Shown: one piece after another, positions 49,268 to 58,690 of the stretch
Numbering within the stretch: the stretch's first letter is position 1
Layout: each line of letters opens with the position of its first letter
Assembly (NCBI GenBank): GCA_046704725.1
Contig: JBJKRI010000005.1
Span: 192,001 to 256,000, forward strand
DNA length: 64,000 nt
From: Candidatus Woesearchaeota archaeon
Lineage (GTDB): Archaea; Nanobdellota; Nanobdellia; Woesearchaeales; SKIA01
Reading direction: 5' to 3'
Program-made: the position numbers and the translations under genes
The notes under the pieces: model-generated
What the model was told of the DNA's origin: nothing
Databases searched by the model: none
What the model saw: only the letters and a program-made list of their open reading frames with translations

Positions 49268-51085
49268 ATGGATCAATACAAGAAGCGGGTCAGCACTATT
49301 CTTCACGGAAAAGACCAGTATGGAGAAGTCCGCGACGAGTTCGAGGTGTTTTTCGATAGCTGGGAGAAGGTAGACAAATGGATCCGCGAAGAGAAGATTT
49401 CGCTGGAGGAAGCTACTGAGCTATACAGCTACTGCTACGCGGAAACGCAAAATGCTCACTTCTTGTTCCTCAAATTCATCCTCGAACTCGACAATAATCC
49501 TCAGTCTTCTTCGGAACTTGCTTCGCAATTGCTCGCGGACGGACTGGTCCCTCGACCGTACGATGTGAGAGTCGCTCTGCCGAAAATGCGCAAGGTAGTG
49601 CGCGACTTCTTGCTTTCCGGCAACACCTTAGCGGCGAGCTCCCTCATGCAGTATTACTGGTTCCTGCGCAATGATGCCGAGAACTTCGCTCACGAGCGGT
49701 TCACGGAAACAGAGATCCGCCTATTGGAACTGTACAATAGCAAGGTTACACATGAATCGCGACTGCCAGTACCTGCGCGCCAGGCAACTCCACGTGAGGC
49801 AATCGGCGACGACTCACATCTAAGCGCATTCTGCACCTTACCAAAGAAATACCGACCCATGATGCTCAAACATCACTCGAATCGGATTCTCATCGGCGGA
49901 TATTCCGGTGCGGTCGCAATGGTTGATGCTGCTTCTGCAGATGTCGTCATGAAGGATGGCGTGTCATACGGCGTAGCGGATATTGGGGTGTTGCAAGAAG
50001 CGTTCGTCGTCCTGTCCCATAGCAATAGAAAGGGAAGCTACAACACTCAGGTATCAGCATATTCCTTGGTTGATGGCGAGAAACTGTGGCATCACAACAT
50101 TCCTGGTAAGCGGACAGAATCATTACTGATCTGCGAGAACTCGCTCCTCGTTGCTGCGTGGGACGACGAAGAGGCTTTGGTATACCGGATTGACCCATCT
50201 GGATCCATATTATGGAAGGCGATGTTTCCGACTCGCAACGCGTACGGAGCGCTTACTTTGCGTCCCTTTGAACAGCAGCTTCTTATCGGAACTGGTCTGG
50301 GGTGGCTGTATAGTTTAGACTATGAGGGCCACGTGTTATGGGAAGTAGATCTTCGTCCTCGAAAGGCTGACTACCGAAGATCAAAGACTGCTTCCGTTTT
50401 CCTGAATTGTATGAGAGTAGCCGTTGAACGAGATGGATTCTTCTTCGTGGCCAGTCACAACAAGATCTGGAAGATAGCTGCGGATGGATCAGTGAAGGAT
50501 AAATTTGTCATCGATGCAAAGGAGTTGGGTATTGAAATTCCGAGCCTCTCGATGACCATCGACGAGAACGGAGTGGCGCAGGGAGAGGGTGACGATGCTT
50601 CTTGGGTCGAACATGTGAGTGACTTGCAGCTCGTCGGCAATACGCTTATTGCGAGCTTGTCAGGCGTAATTCTCCATCTATCCGTCGATCTCGAAGTAGT
50701 ACTGATGCGCGAACAAAACAATTCGCACATCATACTCGGTGAAGGCGCCTCGGGAATGTACTGGCAAGACTTTCGTCGAGAGCTGAACGAAAGGAATCCC
50801 TACCAGAGTTACACGTTCCTGCAGGTCATGCGACCTGACGATGAAGGACCGAAGATAGATTTCAAAGAATACGTTCTTCCCCAAGACATCCGGATTACCG
50901 AAGAGCGAGTTTATGCCCTGTATACACGTCGTATCGACTCGTGCCGAGTACTGGATGCTTTCGATTCCCACACGGGAGAGCGGCTCTGGTCGCAAGAAAT
51001 TGGCGACCGTAAGGCGTTGCTCTCATGGGACGGAAACTTTGGTGTGGTTGCAGTCGAGAACGAGCTATTTCGCGTTATTGAGTAG
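49268..51085 (+). CDS. Helical N-terminal domain plus PQQ-type beta-propeller protein
   Basis: Repeated blade ends DGEKLW, SGSILW, EGHVLW, TGERLW; no signal peptide. Confidence 0.75.
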   Translation: MDQYKKRVSTILHGKDQYGEVRDEFEVFFDSWEKVDKWIREEKISLEEATELYSYCYAETQNAHFLFLKFILELDNNPQSSSELASQLLADGLVPRPYDVRVALPKMRKVVRDFLLSGNTLAASSLMQYYWFLRNDAENFAHERFTETEIRLLELYNSKVTHESRLPVPARQATPREAIGDDSHLSAFCTLPKKYRPMMLKHHSNRILIGGYSGAVAMVDAASADVVMKDGVSYGVADIGVLQEAFVVLSHSNRKGSYNTQVSAYSLVDGEKLWHHNIPGKRTESLLICENSLLVAAWDDEEALVYRIDPSGSILWKAMFPTRNAYGALTLRPFEQQLLIGTGLGWLYSLDYEGHVLWEVDLRPRKADYRRSKTASVFLNCMRVAVERDGFFFVASHNKIWKIAADGSVKDKFVIDAKELGIEIPSLSMTIDENGVAQGEGDDASWVEHVSDLQLVGNTLIASLSGVILHLSVDLEVVLMREQNNSHIILGEGASGMYWQDFRRELNERNPYQSYTFLQVMRPDDEGPKIDFKEYVLPQDIRITEERVYALYTRRIDSCRVLDAFDSHTGERLWSQEIGDRKALLSWDGNFGVVAVENELFRVIE

Positions 51086-51116
51086 CATATAAAAACTCGA
51101 CCTCGTAAAAAGCCCC

Positions 51117-54100
51117 ATGGAGCTCAACGAGGGTCAACAGCGCGCGGTCACGACCAATACTGGTAATCAGCTGATCCTCGCCGGTGCGGGCACAGGCAAG
51201 ACCCTTACGATCGTCGAAAAGGTCGCTCACCTGCTCTCCACCGATGTTCCACCAGCCCATATCCTCTGCTTAACCTTCTCCAACGAGGCCGCGCGGGAGA
51301 TGCGCGACCGGATCCATCACCGGACCGGACAGGCAGGGGTTCATGTCAGCACATTTCACTCATTCTGCTTTGACGTGGTGAAGCGCTTCTACCGGGAGAT
51401 AGGCTACCAGAGCGAGCCGGGGCTCATGTCGACGGAGGAGATTGCCGTGCTGCTGTTCAAGGAGCTGGGATGCACAGCGTACAGGGCCGACCTTTACGCG
51501 AAGAGTATCCTGAATGCCAAGGACAAGCATCTCCGTAAGGAAGATTATCAGAACTATCTTGCTGAGCTCAAGGAGCGGCTTGGCGATGGGGATCCGGCGC
51601 AAATCGCCCGTACTTGCCGCGACACGCTTCGTGCCTACCAGGAATTGAGCGCCCAAGAGCAGCGGGAGCAAAGAGACGACAGGAAAGACGCAAAAGAGCG
51701 TCTCGACCTGTGCGATGAGATTCTGGAGTACGAGGAGATGCTCAAGGGATGGGATCTCCTCGACGGTTACTTACGGGAAAAGAACCTTATCGACTATCCG
51801 GACATGCTCGGACACGCGATTCACCTGCTGCGGGCGCATGGCGCAGATGCTCTACCTGACAGCATCACCCACCTCATTATCGACGAGTACCAGGATACGA
51901 GTCGCATCCAGTTCGAGATTCTCAAGGAACTCGCTAACGGCGTTGAGCACGTATCAGCAGTCGGAGACCAGAACCAATCCATCTATGCTTTCCGAGGCGC
52001 CTACACAGACACTGTAGGAGCGTTCCAGACAGAGTTTACCGTGGAAGAACCCATTCCACTTGACAAGAGCTTCCGCAGCACAGGACACATCTTGAACGTC
52101 GCTCATGCACTGATCTGCCACAACTATGCAGATCCCGCGAGCTGCCTTCTTGTGCAGCCGCACGACGGAAACGCAGGGGAGCCAGTCACGTTCAAGGAGT
52201 TCCCCACAGGATTCGATGAGGCGGACTGGACCGCGAGGAAGATCCTGGAGCGGAATGCAGGAGGTGTGCCTTTCGACGACATTGCTATCCTGGTACGCAG
52301 CCATCACCAAGCAAAGGCGTTCGTAGATGCGCTGCAGCGCTATGACGTTCCCTTCGAAGCAACAAGCGCGACCAGTCTGTTCGAGACCCGTGAGACAAAG
52401 GTCGTCCTGACATACCTCTCTCTCATCAGCACACTTGAGAGCCCCGCGCCGATCGCCGATCAAGCATGGTGGAGGCTGTTCCACTTCTCGCAGCACATGT
52501 CCGCATCGGACCGGGCACGACTCGGATTATACGTCAAGGAGAGGAAAAAGTCGCTGCACGAAGTCCTGACGAGCGATGAGGAGCTACCCCTCAGCGAGCA
52601 CGGAAAAGAGACCGTCGCACGTGTCAAGAAAATCCTGGATGAGCTCTCAGAAATGCGAAGCCTCGATGTACTCGACATCGTAGCCGCTATAGTTGAGCGT
52701 ACCGGGCTCAACCGGTGGCACGCAAAGAATCGAGAAGGCATGCTGCATATCCGTGACTTGCTGCTGTTCGTAGAGCAATTCCAAGAGAAACACAGCCGTG
52801 ACCTGACTGACTTCCTGTCGCACATCGAGATCCTCCAACAGGTCAAACAGAACCCCGACCTCACAACCTTGCGAATCCCGAACGCAGTACAGATCATGAC
52901 GATCCACGCTGCGAAGGGCCTTGAATTTCACACGGTGTTCCTGACAAACCTCTCTCGCGACCGCTTTCCCATCACCCGGGCTGGCAAGAGCCTGCTGATA
53001 CCCGACATGCTGAACGAAGAGCTCGCAGACCTCTTTGCGGAAGAGGATGATCCGAAGCGACGGGAGAAGGCCATCAAGGAGCGCAATCGAGAGCTCAGGC
53101 TCGCAGAGGAACGAAGACTGTGTTACGTGGCGATCACACGCGCCAAGCGCCGGCTATTCCTCACCAGAGCAGAGAGCTATCAAGACAAAGAGAAAGGCGT
53201 TTCGCAGTTCCTGCACGACATAGGATACCCCTTCGAAGATGCTTCTGACATTGTTGTGGACGAGTCAGAGCATGAAACCCCTGCCCCGGCAGAAGGTAGT
53301 GCCGCGGAAGTCGTTAATAGGCTCAAAGACCAGATAGGAGAGAAGCTCAGCCTCAATGATGTGACAGGAGCCATGGAGACCTTCGGAGTTCTCTATGGAA
53401 TGCTGCAGAAGCGCAAGGACGTGGTTGAGGACTTGAGGCGAGCTGCAAATGAAGCTGATCCATCAGCCATTCTCGACGAGAGCATTGAGGAGGTCGCGAA
53501 GGCCATTGACCGCCATATACGCTTCTCGGTAAGCAGCATCAAGACCTATGCTGATTGTCCCAAGCAGTACGAGCTCAAGCATGTGCTCCAGATGCCGGAT
53601 CTTACGCGGTCGGAGGGCGATGCCGCATCTGTGGGTAGCTTCCTGCACGAAGTCTTCGAGGAAGCGGCGAAAAGGAAGATCGGCTCACGTGAGGAGCTCC
53701 AGAGCGTGGCTGTTGAGGTCTTACCGGAGTACGAAGGTATTGAGCTATCTGACTGCGAAGAAATGCTGGACGTGTTCTGGGAGCGACACGGAGCGGTTCT
53801 GAGCGACGTCCAGAGCACAGAGGAATATTTCATCATAGAAGAAGACGGAAGACAGTTCAGCGGGCGTATAGACCGTATAGATAGGACTGGTGATGGGCTC
53901 GAAGTCATCGACTACAAGACCGGAAAGTACGAGCCCGACGCACGGGAGCGCGCCTGGCAGCTTGGTCTATACGCCAAGGCAGTAGAGAAGCTGAAAGGAG
54001 AGAAGCCGCGCTTCCTCACGCTCGAGCTGCTTCAACACGAGAAGCCCCGGCGCTTCGAGCTACAGGGCGATGGCAAATACAAGATGCCGCGCATCGAGAT

Positions 54101-54242
54101 CGACACGGATGCCGCGTTCACAGAGCTGCAAGAGTACGCCAAACAGATCCAAGAAGGCTTGGTGAAGGGGTTTGAGCCCAGCAAAGATGACGGGCCGTGC
54201 GAACGCTGCGGCTACCGATTCTTCTGCCCGAAGTGGGGCTGA
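51117..54242 (+). CDS. UvrD/PcrA-like SF1 helicase fused to PD-(D/E)XK nuclease with four-Cys Fe-S staple (AddB/AdnB/Cas4-like)
   Basis: AGAGTGKT, IDEYQD, GDQNQSIY.FRGA, TIHAAKGLEF, EERRL.YVA.TRAK; S.SSI.TY.DCP, GRIDRID, IDYKTG, CERC.Y...C. Confidence 0.92.
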   Translation: MELNEGQQRAVTTNTGNQLILAGAGTGKTLTIVEKVAHLLSTDVPPAHILCLTFSNEAAREMRDRIHHRTGQAGVHVSTFHSFCFDVVKRFYREIGYQSEPGLMSTEEIAVLLFKELGCTAYRADLYAKSILNAKDKHLRKEDYQNYLAELKERLGDGDPAQIARTCRDTLRAYQELSAQEQREQRDDRKDAKERLDLCDEILEYEEMLKGWDLLDGYLREKNLIDYPDMLGHAIHLLRAHGADALPDSITHLIIDEYQDTSRIQFEILKELANGVEHVSAVGDQNQSIYAFRGAYTDTVGAFQTEFTVEEPIPLDKSFRSTGHILNVAHALICHNYADPASCLLVQPHDGNAGEPVTFKEFPTGFDEADWTARKILERNAGGVPFDDIAILVRSHHQAKAFVDALQRYDVPFEATSATSLFETRETKVVLTYLSLISTLESPAPIADQAWWRLFHFSQHMSASDRARLGLYVKERKKSLHEVLTSDEELPLSEHGKETVARVKKILDELSEMRSLDVLDIVAAIVERTGLNRWHAKNREGMLHIRDLLLFVEQFQEKHSRDLTDFLSHIEILQQVKQNPDLTTLRIPNAVQIMTIHAAKGLEFHTVFLTNLSRDRFPITRAGKSLLIPDMLNEELADLFAEEDDPKRREKAIKERNRELRLAEERRLCYVAITRAKRRLFLTRAESYQDKEKGVSQFLHDIGYPFEDASDIVVDESEHETPAPAEGSAAEVVNRLKDQIGEKLSLNDVTGAMETFGVLYGMLQKRKDVVEDLRRAANEADPSAILDESIEEVAKAIDRHIRFSVSSIKTYADCPKQYELKHVLQMPDLTRSEGDAASVGSFLHEVFEEAAKRKIGSREELQSVAVEVLPEYEGIELSDCEEMLDVFWERHGAVLSDVQSTEEYFIIEEDGRQFSGRIDRIDRTGDGLEVIDYKTGKYEPDARERAWQLGLYAKAVEKLKGEKPRFLTLELLQHEKPRRFELQGDGKYKMPRIEIDTDAAFTELQEYAKQIQEGLVKGFEPSKDDGPCERCGYRFFCPKWG

Positions 54243-54289
54243 GACCGAGGCGTAATTTACCTGTAAAAGGAGCCCCTGTAAAACAAAGA

Positions 54290-54316
54290 TTTATAACGGG
54301 GATACTTAGGTAAGTA
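54290..54316 (+). promoter_or_regulatory. TATA box and palindromic operator upstream of the Zn-ribbon/MTase operon
   Basis: TTTATAA 54290-54296; TACTTA-GG-TAAGTA 54303-54316, 3 nt before GTG. Confidence 0.6.
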
Positions 54317-54319
54317 AAC

Positions 54320-54595
54320 GTGGCCAAGACTTTTATGATCAAAAAGGAGGTGAACGCATTCCGTTGCTTGCGTTGTGGTCATGAGTGGATACCACGGGTG
54401 AGTATGGAAGAGCTGGTGGGGACTGTCAAGAACAAGCCGCGCACCTGCCCCAACTGTAAAAGTGCCTACTGGGATTTGCCGAAACAAAATCCAGATAACC
54501 GAAACTATGAATCAACTAACTCGACAAAATTCGGTTCTGAGCAACGAGGACTTAACAACAATAAGAATGGCCGAGTCAAGAGAGAAGCATCATGA
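54320..54595 (+). CDS. Small Zn-ribbon protein
   Basis: CLRCGHEWIPR...PRTCPNCKSAYWD; stop overlaps MTase ATG. Confidence 0.8.
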   Translation: MAKTFMIKKEVNAFRCLRCGHEWIPRVSMEELVGTVKNKPRTCPNCKSAYWDLPKQNPDNRNYESTNSTKFGSEQRGLNNNKNGRVKREAS

Positions 54596-56220
54596 AGTTA
54601 ATGAAGAATGCCAGTAAAGAAAAATTACGGGGTGGGTTCTACACTCCGGAGCCTATCGCAAGATTTGTGCTTAGATGGGCAGTAAACGGCAACAGACATT
54701 ATGATATTCTTGAACCAAGCTGCGGAGACGGCGTTTTTCTCGAACAAATTAAGGAGAGTTGCTTCGAGTATAACTCAGTTACTGCCGTTGAACTCATTGA
54801 CGCAGAAGCAGAAAAAGCAAGGAAGATAGGTTTACCGGACACAAAGGTGCTTTCTGGCGATTTTTTTTCTTTCTGTAATAAGTCACAAGAGAAATACGAT
54901 CTCATAATCGGAAACCCGCCTTACATTCGCTACCAATATTTTGACAAGGAGCAGAGAGAGGAGGCTATGCAGGTCTTCGCTCGTGCAGGTCTGAGATACA
55001 GCAAACTCACGAACGCATGGGTAAGCTTCGTGGTGGGCTCAACTCTCTTGCTTAAAGATAAGGGCAAAATAGGTTTTGTGCTGCCTGCCGAGATTCTTCA
55101 AGTGGGATATGCTAAACAGTTAAGGAACTATCTTGCTCATCAATACAACAAGATCAATATTGTTAGTTTTAGGAAGCTTGTCTTCCCCGAGGCGCAGCAA
55201 GAGGTCATTTTGCTGTTGTGCGAAAGGAATGGCTCAGGAAGTCACAACATTGAGCATTTGGAATTGGACGATGCTAACGATCTTCAGGATTTGGATGTGG
55301 AGAATCTGAAAAGTCCCAAGAAAAGAATTGATTTTCGAAGTAACAAATGGACCTTTTACTTCTTGGACCAAGAAGAGATTGATTTTATTGAAGAGCTTCT
55401 CCATCAGAAGACCATCAAACCGATGAAAGCCTACGCGCGCGTGGAGGTGGGAATGACCACTGGCAGCAACAAGTTTTTCACAGTGGATCAAGACACGGTT
55501 GAACAGTACGGTCTCAAGACACATGCTAAGCCCATGGTCGGCAGAAGCGTGCAGGTATCGAGTGTTATTTTCAATCACCAAGACTGGATGGAAAACGTTG
55601 AAAATGGTGCACGAGCGTTCTTTCTATTGTTCCCTCCCAAAGAGAAATTATCTGCGAAAGCTCTCGAGTATCTCAAATTTGGAGAAGAAAACTCTGTACA
55701 TGAATACTACAAGTGCCGTATACGAGACGAGTGGCATGTGGTTCCCAGCGCTTGGGTGAGTGATGCCCTATTCATTAGGCGGAATAACATCTATCCTCGC
55801 CTGATTGTGAATGCTGCTGATGCCTACACCACGGATACGATGCATCGAGTCACCTTGAACAAAGACAGCTTACTCGATGGCAAGAAGATCGATATTGCCG
55901 CTCTGGTGTCCAGTTACTACAACAGCCTTTCTTTTGCGCTTGCTGAAATTAGTGGTAGGAGCCATGGCGGTGGAGTATTGGAACTGATGCCCAGCGAAGC
56001 GGAAAGCATCCTCGTTCCTTATGATGAGCGGAACGCGGATCTTTTAGGTGAAATAGATGGTATGCTGAGAAAGGGGAAGGATATTGACGAGATTCTGCAG
56101 ATCACCGATGAGATTATCCTGAGAGATCGAGCGGGATTGTCAGAAAAACAGATTCAGATGGCTAATCGCATTTGGAAAAAGCTTTTGAATAGACGGTTGG
56201 GTCGAAACAGCAGCTATTAG
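54592..56220 (+). CDS. Type II amino-methyltransferase (gamma class, Eco57I/TaqI-like, probably m6A)
   Basis: GGFYTP, ILEPSCGDG.F (motif I) before GNPPY (motif IV); C-terminal TRD with GGG.LEL.P. Confidence 0.92.
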   Translation: MKLMKNASKEKLRGGFYTPEPIARFVLRWAVNGNRHYDILEPSCGDGVFLEQIKESCFEYNSVTAVELIDAEAEKARKIGLPDTKVLSGDFFSFCNKSQEKYDLIIGNPPYIRYQYFDKEQREEAMQVFARAGLRYSKLTNAWVSFVVGSTLLLKDKGKIGFVLPAEILQVGYAKQLRNYLAHQYNKINIVSFRKLVFPEAQQEVILLLCERNGSGSHNIEHLELDDANDLQDLDVENLKSPKKRIDFRSNKWTFYFLDQEEIDFIEELLHQKTIKPMKAYARVEVGMTTGSNKFFTVDQDTVEQYGLKTHAKPMVGRSVQVSSVIFNHQDWMENVENGARAFFLLFPPKEKLSAKALEYLKFGEENSVHEYYKCRIRDEWHVVPSAWVSDALFIRRNNIYPRLIVNAADAYTTDTMHRVTLNKDSLLDGKKIDIAALVSSYYNSLSFALAEISGRSHGGGVLELMPSEAESILVPYDERNADLLGEIDGMLRKGKDIDEILQITDEIILRDRAGLSEKQIQMANRIWKKLLNRRLGRNSSY

Positions 56221-56236
56221 ATCTTCTTGCCAGTAC

Positions 56237-57415
56237 TCAGGCAATATCTATGAAGAATGGTTCTTCTTCGCCTTCTGGGGGCGCGTATAGGTTCAGAGTT
56301 TTGCCCAACAAGTCGCGCTCTCGGATTTTTTCTGAAATTTTACCCCATCTGATGAATGTGGTAAAATTGCCCTGGCCAGCTTCTCCAGTAGGCTTGTGTC
56401 CGATTTCGAGATCATGTTCCCCTATATCCTCTCCCAATAATCGTATCCTGAAAGCCATGTGGGTTGATTCTACCAAGGGGTTTCTTCGCACAACTGACCA
56501 TGACCCGTTACCGAACAGTTCGTATCGGAAGTACTTGGTCTGGTCGATTACTTTGTTGTTCATTTTGAATCGGGCCTGCGTGAGTCGTAGCTGACCGGTA
56601 ACATGAGTGGTCTCTGTTCCTGTGTGAATTACATCAGATTGCGGAAGATTTTGCTTTTTCCAAAGGAGTCTTCCCTTTCTTCCCCAAACTATTCCGCTGT
56701 CTTCTTGAGTCTGGTCCGGATGAGGACGCTTCCTCTGAACAGGTTGCTGACGCGAAGATATGGCAGGAAAGAGAATATCAATTCTGCGCGCTGCAGCGTT
56801 GGTTACACCACTGCGTTCTTGTCTCTTAACACTGTGGAGTCTTCTACGTTCTCTTTCCGTCGGAATTATGCGCGCATCTCGGAGCTCTTCGATAAGATCT
56901 CCAGTAAGGCGCTGGACGTTGGCATCTTCTCCACTCAGCATCGATGCATAGTATTGCCTAATCTGACGTATTAGAGTGTGGCCCTGTTCGTCCTCTTCTC
57001 CATCTACATAAATGACAGTTGATGCTTCCAAGTTCCTAAAGAGGCCTCCACCTGTAAGATTGGAGCTGCCAACGATCGCGAGACATTCGCTCTCCCCCTC
57101 CAATAAGTAAATTTTTGGGTGAAAAGTAACTGGTGATTTAGTGTAGTATACGGTTGTGCCAATATCCAGCTCCAAAAGCATCTGCAACGCTTCTTGAGAA
57201 GTTCCCTGGTGGTCTACACCTACGAAAACATTCCATTCGTGGATGTGGCGTTTTGATTGAATGATAGCTTCCTTTATACTTGAGATTCCTGCCGTTGCAG
57301 CGAACGCTATAAATGCTGTAAACTTACTATACCTCGCGTCTTGAAGAGCCTCCAGCAATTTGCTTCCTGCGGAAGACTCTCCTTGTAGTCCTTGACCTAA
57401 AAACTCAATTCTCAT
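56237..57415 (-). CDS. PLD (HKD)-family restriction endonuclease, BfiI/NgoFVII-like architecture
   Basis: FHPKIY, GSSNLT..GL..N.EA; separate C-terminal beta-rich domain; convergent with MTase. Confidence 0.85.
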   Translation of the reverse strand: MRIEFLGQGLQGESSAGSKLLEALQDARYSKFTAFIAFAATAGISSIKEAIIQSKRHIHEWNVFVGVDHQGTSQEALQMLLELDIGTTVYYTKSPVTFHPKIYLLEGESECLAIVGSSNLTGGGLFRNLEASTVIYVDGEEDEQGHTLIRQIRQYYASMLSGEDANVQRLTGDLIEELRDARIIPTERERRRLHSVKRQERSGVTNAAARRIDILFPAISSRQQPVQRKRPHPDQTQEDSGIVWGRKGRLLWKKQNLPQSDVIHTGTETTHVTGQLRLTQARFKMNNKVIDQTKYFRYELFGNGSWSVVRRNPLVESTHMAFRIRLLGEDIGEHDLEIGHKPTGEAGQGNFTTFIRWGKISEKIRERDLLGKTLNLYAPPEGEEEPFFIDIA

Positions 57416-57470
57416 CTCTTAAACCGCAAATCATCAATTCCTGTTAATAAACTGACCCCCTTCCCAGGGT

Positions 57471-58388
57471 CTACTTACTATTCCGCTCATAGCTCTGCTG
57501 TATCAAGGTCAGCAGGTAGGGCAGATCCTCTCGCTTGTTGAGGTGGACCTCGTAGTCGCCGTTGCCCCAATGACCTGTTTCAGACACGTCCTTGGCTATG
57601 CCTTTCGGATCGTCAAGTGAGCCTTTGGGCATGTTGATGAAGATCTTGAGCCTGATCGTCTGTATCTCCACGTCCACGAAGTTCGTCTTGCGCTTGAACG
57701 CCATGTAGAGTTTCGTCGGCTTGGTCCGGATGTCGTCGCCAAGATCCATGATCCGGCTCTTGAGCTCCTCGTAGAGTGATTGCAGCTCCGCTGTTCCTTT
57801 CTGGACGAGTTCCTCTTCGGTGTAGACCCGCACCTCCTTGCTGACGTTGCGGACAACGTCGCTTTTGGAGCTGAATGCCTTGATGGATTCGCGAGCCCCT
57901 GCAGCCTGGATCCGGTTGAACGCCCAGGTGTCTTTACCGTACTTCTGCACTTCCCACAGCTCAATTGGGAGGTCTCGGATCTCTATCGCCTTGAGCTGGT
58001 AGGTCGTGTAGCCAGGGCAGACGAAGAGCACCTTGGATTGGGACCAGTCGATGTTCTTTCGGTCGATTTTCTTTCCTGTGCGCTCAAGGTACTCCATGAC
58101 GAAGTCAGCCTTGTTGTTGAGCATGAGGTTGAGGTAGGAGAAACCCTGATCGATGACGCTGAGGTTCTTCTCGCGCTTGTACTCGACGATCACGAAAGAG
58201 TTCGTCTCGGCGTCGTAAGCGAGCGTGTCGATCCGTAGACCGTCAAGGGCCAGCTCGCTGCAGACGAACTCCAGACCGAAGATTTTGCCAAGGTTTCCCT
58301 CGACAAGAGACTGCAGCTCTTTTTCCAGTTGGAACCCGGACTCGCTGATCTGTTCCAGTTTAGCGTTGGATTGTCGGAAGAGTTGCAT
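57471..58388 (-). CDS. NucS-like nuclease domain fused to DUF5655
   Basis: LEKELQ, RIDTLA.D, IVEYK, DQG..Y; C-terminal DP.G..KDV...GHWGNGDYE. Confidence 0.8.
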   Translation of the reverse strand: MQLFRQSNAKLEQISESGFQLEKELQSLVEGNLGKIFGLEFVCSELALDGLRIDTLAYDAETNSFVIVEYKREKNLSVIDQGFSYLNLMLNNKADFVMEYLERTGKKIDRKNIDWSQSKVLFVCPGYTTYQLKAIEIRDLPIELWEVQKYGKDTWAFNRIQAAGARESIKAFSSKSDVVRNVSKEVRVYTEEELVQKGTAELQSLYEELKSRIMDLGDDIRTKPTKLYMAFKRKTNFVDVEIQTIRLKIFINMPKGSLDDPKGIAKDVSETGHWGNGDYEVHLNKREDLPYLLTLIQQSYERNSK

Positions 58389-58690
58389 GCACTCGTACCA
58401 GCGCAGGAAGTATTTAAATGACTCTCCATGTGAGGAAAACATGCATAAAATGCGAATCCGAGCGGTTTTGCAGAATTTAAGGGTGTGACGACGCTAAAAG
58501 TGGCTTATAATCTTGTTCACCCCGCATAGTATGTAAGCGGTACTTTTGGTCCGAATAGCCGGCGGAAACAGCACATTCTCATTTTCGATAGAATTTTTTA
58601 CTCCGCCGGCAAAATCTCCATGCTGCTACTGTGTTGGGACCTCTACTGCGTCCTCTCCTTCGGTTCTGAGTAAGGCACCAAATGGAAAAC

